Source: a virus (Duplodnaviria > Caudoviricetes). From it: a DNA stretch of 37,522 nucleotides. This document shows, one piece after another, positions 33,308-37,522 of this stretch. The stretch spans positions 1-37,522 of the IMG/VR virus record IMGVR_UViG_3300022670_000561, one strand, 5' to 3'. The position numbers and the translations under genes were made by a program. How positions within the stretch are numbered: position 1 is the stretch's first letter; every line of letters starts with the position of its first letter. Under the pieces are notes generated by a model. The model searched no databases. It was given only the letters and a program-made list of their open reading frames with translations, and had not been told where the DNA came from.

Positions 33308-34384
33308 ATGGCAGAGACCTTGACCCTAGACGGGTTAAAAGCACAAGTGCAGAAAGAAGAGCTTGAAGCTAGTCAACAAGTTGATAAATCTGGTACGGAT
33401 GAAACCGTTAAAGATGATATTGACGCTGGCAGCTCTGGTGAATCTGAAACGTCTGAAGCTGACGATAAGTCAACCGATGGCATTGAAGCATGGCAGCAAG
33501 TTGACGATAAAGAGGGTCAATCAACAACTGATAACAGCCAATCTGGTTTTACGGGTCGAGATATAGCCGCAGCTAAAACAAAGCTAAGGGCAAAACTTGA
33601 TCTTAAAAAAGCAGATGAAATAAGTGATATCAACGCTAAACATGAGCTTCAGCTTGAAGAGTTGCGACGTAGCCTAAGCGGCAAAACGAATAACACTGTT
33701 AAGCCGAAGCATGATGATTTTGAAACGACTGATGACTATGAAACCGCTTTATATACGTGGCAAGAGGAACGTATAGAAGCACGTATTGATGCGAGAGTCA
33801 GCGATCATCTATCAAAATCGCAGGCTCAAAATGCTCAAAATCAAGCGGATACTGACTTAGAAAAATCTGTTACTCAGCACTACGAACGAGCAGCACAATT
33901 AGTTGATAAACATGAAGATATAACCGCCGAGGTGTATCACCAAGCTGACGCTAACGTGCGACACATGGTTGAAACACTGTATCCAGGCGCTGGTGACAAC
34001 GTGACTGACAGGCTTATTAAAGCACTCGATACTGTTGGCGGATCAGATAAAGTTTTTCTTAGAGTTGGTAGAAATAAAAAGCTACTCGCTCAATTAGAAA
34101 CAAGTTTGACGAGTGATCCCGATGGGTTCAAAGCCGTTGCCTTTTTATCAAATTTATCAGCTGAGAATACTGCACTCATTAAAAATAAAACGAGCCAAGC
34201 GCCAGAACCGCTATCTAATATAAAAGCTGCAGCCCCGATGGGGGATAAAACTTCGAATAATTTGCATAAGAAGTTTAAAGAAGCCGACAATTCTAAAACA
34301 CTTAGCGAAGCAGCTAAGATAAAAACAATGTTGGCAGCAAAAATTGAAGCTAGGAAATTAGGGGTGAATACTGACGTATGGTAA
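33308..34384 (+). CDS. Scaffolding protein, P22 gp8-like
   Basis: Acidic flexible N-terminus, KP..DDF....DYE.AL..W, HYERA..L; between portal and coat. Confidence 0.85.
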   Translation: MAETLTLDGLKAQVQKEELEASQQVDKSGTDETVKDDIDAGSSGESETSEADDKSTDGIEAWQQVDDKEGQSTTDNSQSGFTGRDIAAAKTKLRAKLDLKKADEISDINAKHELQLEELRRSLSGKTNNTVKPKHDDFETTDDYETALYTWQEERIEARIDARVSDHLSKSQAQNAQNQADTDLEKSVTQHYERAAQLVDKHEDITAEVYHQADANVRHMVETLYPGAGDNVTDRLIKALDTVGGSDKVFLRVGRNKKLLAQLETSLTSDPDGFKAVAFLSNLSAENTALIKNKTSQAPEPLSNIKAAAPMGDKTSNNLHKKFKEADNSKTLSEAAKIKTMLAAKIEARKLGVNTDVW

Positions 34385-34396
34385 AAAGGTTAAGTC

Positions 34397-35680
34397 ATGG
34401 CGTTAACTACCGCGAAAACAATTACTCTAGTTTTAGATAATTATCTTGAAACTTACGAGCATCAAGATTCATTAACAAATCAAATTTCAACTTATCAAGC
34501 CAGCCCGGCTGATCTGCAAAACTCAAACGATGTCATTGTACGCAGAGTTCAGCAACACGCTCCGATAATTAAAGGCTTGGACATTACCGGGCAAGAAACC
34601 GGCATCATCGATCAAAACTATTCAACTCAGCTTATTAAAGATGATATTACCAATGATTTTGTCAAACTTGATATTACTGAAGTACGCGATGAACGTTATT
34701 GGATAGATCGAGCTAAACAATCAGCAAAGCAGCAAGTCACAGAGAAAAACAACGCAATAGCAAATGCAATTGCAACAGACGGCAGCTTGTACTATCGTCA
34801 TGATCTTTCAGTGCCTGCCAACAATAATGGTTTTACTTTCATATCAAGAGCGCAAACGTTGTTAAACGAACGTGAAGGCTATCACTCTACGCGTTGTTTT
34901 ATGCTTAATGACAGGGATTCTGAGAAATTTGCAAATGAGTTGTCGGGTCGACAAACATTAGCAGGCAGACCGGAATCTGATGCATGGAAACTAGGTCAGA
35001 TTGGTGAAGGTGTCGCTGAATTTAATTTATTTAAGGTTCCATTCTTGCCGATTCAAACCGGCGGCGTTAATCCTGCGACTACCGTTGTTGGCAATCAATC
35101 ATTTAAGCCTGAGGGCTCTACAACGATTGGCAAATCACCGGTTAATATAGATTATCGAAGCGCAATAGTATCGGTTGCTAATTCTTCCTTATACAACGTC
35201 GGTGATAAAGTAACTTTCCCTGGCGTATTTGCACTAACTGAAGCGAGTAAAGTTGATACGCAGCAATTGATGCAATTCACAATACCTTCAATTCCCGACG
35301 GCACCTCAATTGAGATATATCCTAAGCCCATCGCTATAAATGATCCGGCTTTAACTATATTAGAGAAAGCGTCTGCAATAGTAACGAATCGAATATTAAA
35401 CGGTGTAACGGTTGATCGAGTTAATATTGATGACCAACGTACTAATTTATTTTTCGATAAAGAAGCTATTGAAATAGTAACGGGTGACTTACCGGTTGAA
35501 TTGTACAGCGAATTTGCAGGGCAAACGGTTATCAGTGAGCGGTTATCAGATGGTCAATCTGTGTATATTATTTATGATGCAACCATCGGCGATCTTAGCG
35601 TTACGATGCGTATATTGATGTGGTACCGCATTGAAATAGCTGACCCTAAACGTTGCGGTGTTGCTGTTACATTTAATTAA
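34397..35680 (+). CDS. Major capsid protein, P22 gp5-like
   Basis: 427 aa; Q.S.D.I.R.V.Q.A....G.D.TG N-terminus; insertion-domain segment GDKVTF.GV...F.I.......IEI.PKPIA..D..L. Confidence 0.92.
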   Translation: MALTTAKTITLVLDNYLETYEHQDSLTNQISTYQASPADLQNSNDVIVRRVQQHAPIIKGLDITGQETGIIDQNYSTQLIKDDITNDFVKLDITEVRDERYWIDRAKQSAKQQVTEKNNAIANAIATDGSLYYRHDLSVPANNNGFTFISRAQTLLNEREGYHSTRCFMLNDRDSEKFANELSGRQTLAGRPESDAWKLGQIGEGVAEFNLFKVPFLPIQTGGVNPATTVVGNQSFKPEGSTTIGKSPVNIDYRSAIVSVANSSLYNVGDKVTFPGVFALTEASKVDTQQLMQFTIPSIPDGTSIEIYPKPIAINDPALTILEKASAIVTNRILNGVTVDRVNIDDQRTNLFFDKEAIEIVTGDLPVELYSEFAGQTVISERLSDGQSVYIIYDATIGDLSVTMRILMWYRIEIADPKRCGVAVTFN

Positions 35681-35687
35681 AATCTAT

Positions 35688-35716
35688 AGCGCAGGTTAAC
35701 GCCTGCGCTTATTTTA
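35688..35716 (+). terminator. Intrinsic terminator after the coat gene
   Basis: AGCGCAGG-TTAACG-CCTGCGCT followed by TATTTTA. Confidence 0.8.
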
Positions 35717-35728
35717 TGGAGTAATCAG

Positions 35729-35980
35729 ATGTCTGTACAAGTGTTCATAAAAAATGAAGATGGAACAGTGAGAGAGAGTCTAATAGCGCCTAGCTCTGTA
35801 AACAATTACCGTAATAACGGTTGGACTGTTGAAGACCCTGCAAAAATCAAGCACGAGCCTGAAGCTGAAAATAAAAAGTTTTCTGAAGCTGAGGATTTAT
35901 TAAAAGAAGCCAAGGACGAGGGTGCGGGTGAAAGATTCATGAGTAATCTTCTTAAATTTGTTGAACGCAAGTGCACCTAA
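35729..35980 (+). CDS. Small hypothetical protein after coat
   Basis: GGAG RBS; GW...P motif; same position as the small post-coat ORFs of P22-like phages. Confidence 0.65.
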   Translation: MSVQVFIKNEDGTVRESLIAPSSVNNYRNNGWTVEDPAKIKHEPEAENKKFSEAEDLLKEAKDEGAGERFMSNLLKFVERKCT

Positions 35981-36720
35981 AAATTGATTTAATACAAAAA
36001 ACATTTGCTAAGCTCAGGATATCGGGCATAACGGTAACGCCGAGCGTTGCTGACAATGTTAAAGCCCTCGATATACTTGAGCTCATGGCAAGTGATCTGC
36101 AGGATTATGAAGGTATTAATATTAATTATAACTTTCAAGATGTGCCGGATTTAAATAGTTTTTCAAACATTCCGAGGTTTGCCCAGTCTTGTTTTATAAC
36201 TTATTTAGCGGTGTTGTTAATTCCAGAATATAACAAGAAAGTGCCCGCTGAACTTCACTCTCTGGCCGCTCAACATCTAGAAAGGTTAGTCACTCGGTTT
36301 GCATTAGATAACTTACGCGATGTTCCGTATCCAAGCCGGATGCCTGTGGGCCGCTCAAATGAACTGTTTTTTGGAAATGGTATCAATCAAGACTTTTTTG
36401 TAGAGTCTGCGTTTCCGCCTAATGATGGGAAAATAGAACAATTAATAATAGGCGATACCAATGATTATACAGAGCACTATGATTCTTATCTTAAAGAAGA
36501 AGAGTTGATCGTTAGCTTTGTTATAACAGCTGACCCAGGCTTAAGTGTTCTATCAAGCGAGCTTGTCGGTGCTGATATTAACTATAGAATTAAAGCACTT
36601 AATTTTTCAACAGCTGAAAGTTTTCAGCAATTAAAAATTATTGTTGTAACGGATTCGGGCCGGCAAATTACGAGGTTGATAGATTTTAAGTTAATTAGTA
36701 ATCAAACTATTGGCTCTTAG
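35971..36720 (+). CDS. Head-to-tail adaptor (P22 gp4-like) with extra C-terminal domain
   Basis: K.DLI...F.KL.I......P......ALD.LE.M, LAV.L.P.Y and YPSRMP.G..N motifs; about 95 additional C-terminal residues. Confidence 0.8.
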   Translation: MHLKIDLIQKTFAKLRISGITVTPSVADNVKALDILELMASDLQDYEGININYNFQDVPDLNSFSNIPRFAQSCFITYLAVLLIPEYNKKVPAELHSLAAQHLERLVTRFALDNLRDVPYPSRMPVGRSNELFFGNGINQDFFVESAFPPNDGKIEQLIIGDTNDYTEHYDSYLKEEELIVSFVITADPGLSVLSSELVGADINYRIKALNFSTAESFQQLKIIVVTDSGRQITRLIDFKLISNQTIGS

Positions 36721-36737
36721 AAATAGGATTTAATGAA

Positions 36738-37522
36738 ATGAGTTTCACGCAATTTACATTAGAAAGAACAACAAACCAAACGCGGGGCATATTCAATGAA
36801 TATATCTATGCAACGGATGACTTAATAGTTGAGGTTACAACTGCCGGTTATTTTGATGCCAGTCGTTTTGCCGGGTTAACGCCCGACGAATGGATTGACT
36901 CAGTTATTAAGTGTGATTGTTCGGATGGTTTTATCGAGGGTCAGATTAACGATTCAGGCACTCTTGATCAAATAGCCGGTGGCGGTGGCGGCGGGCCAAC
37001 GACTCCACCAAATCCAACTGAAGATAATTTGGTCACATGGTTAAGCGGTGCAGCAATAAAAGATGCAACAACGATATCCGCTCTAGGTGATCTATTGAAG
37101 CTTAGCTCTGCATCGCCATCGGGTGTTCCTCAGATTGAATTCAGGGACTCTTTTGCCGCGCTGCAAAACTTTATATTCTCAAGCGAGTCAGCTGAAATTT
37201 TCGCAATTGGTGCAAATAATTATGATTTGTCAATGTCGATTGATGATTCTACAAAGCGTTTAAAGATAACAGGTCTTGCTCACAGCGACCAGACTGCTTT
37301 AATAGAGTACACGACAACTCAAGCAAACGGCGCAACCGTTGGCCTTCTGTTTGGAACACAAGACCCAAACGGTAATGTAACTGCGCCTAAAGGTTTTGTT
37401 TATTCTAGAGTGGCGGCCATCGCAAGTGATTGCGCTAGCTTCATGCACGCAGAAAACAACACGAACACAGGGTGGATAAATCAAACAAGGCAAGCGCCTT
37501 CGAAAACGATTGTCTCATCAAT
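36738..37522 (+). CDS. Fiber/decoration-like structural protein, 3'-partial (not in ORF track)
   Basis: Open to the window end: MSFTQFTLERTTNQTRGIFNEYIYATDD...AGYF..., GGGGGGP linker, GTQDPNGNVTAPKGFVYSR...TGW motif; AGGA RBS. Confidence 0.7.
   Translation, partial: MSFTQFTLERTTNQTRGIFNEYIYATDDLIVEVTTAGYFDASRFAGLTPDEWIDSVIKCDCSDGFIEGQINDSGTLDQIAGGGGGGPTTPPNPTEDNLVTWLSGAAIKDATTISALGDLLKLSSASPSGVPQIEFRDSFAALQNFIFSSESAEIFAIGANNYDLSMSIDDSTKRLKITGLAHSDQTALIEYTTTQANGATVGLLFGTQDPNGNVTAPKGFVYSRVAAIASDCASFMHAENNTNTGWINQTRQAPSKTIVSS

Noticed and set aside
1-37522. Genome-wide TAG reassignment
   Set aside because: Many genes end cleanly in TAG (for example 1074, 18634, 22066, 36720), conserved genes are not fragmented, and there is no CTA-anticodon tRNA.

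Overview
This is most of a P22-like (short-tailed) phage genome, probably infecting a Gram-negative proteobacterium; both ends of the window cut through structural genes. Order: two ejection proteins, a split tailspike (P22 head-binding adaptor plus an Mtd_N/Gly-rich fiber), a leftward arm of small genes with a Sak4-like ATPase and two HTH proteins, a lambda O-like initiator with iterons, DnaB, nin-like genes, dispersed lysis genes interrupted by an inverted island, a BPH/HslV-like Ntn protease, TerS, an array of helical-hairpin proteins, TerL, portal, a 1.85-kb RNA-rich insert, scaffold, coat, a gp4-like protein and a partial fiber gene. I see no integrase, CI/Cro pair or Q antiterminator. 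The most unusual signals are RNA-level. (1) A ~370-nt multi-domain, G-U-rich structured RNA runs from an extended -10 promoter into an aberrant tRNA-like gene, between portal and scaffold. (2) A 107-nt RNA with its own promoter and paired ends carries the complement of an AAGGATGA motif found at the ribosome-binding sites of many leftward genes. (3) A RusA-like gene is split over two overlapping frames, with an in-phase A_AAA_AAG slippery site. (4) TerL is in frame with an upstream repeat protein across a single TAG. (5) The scaffold leader has tandem covarying stem-loops. All family assignments come from motif recognition by eye, not from database searches.
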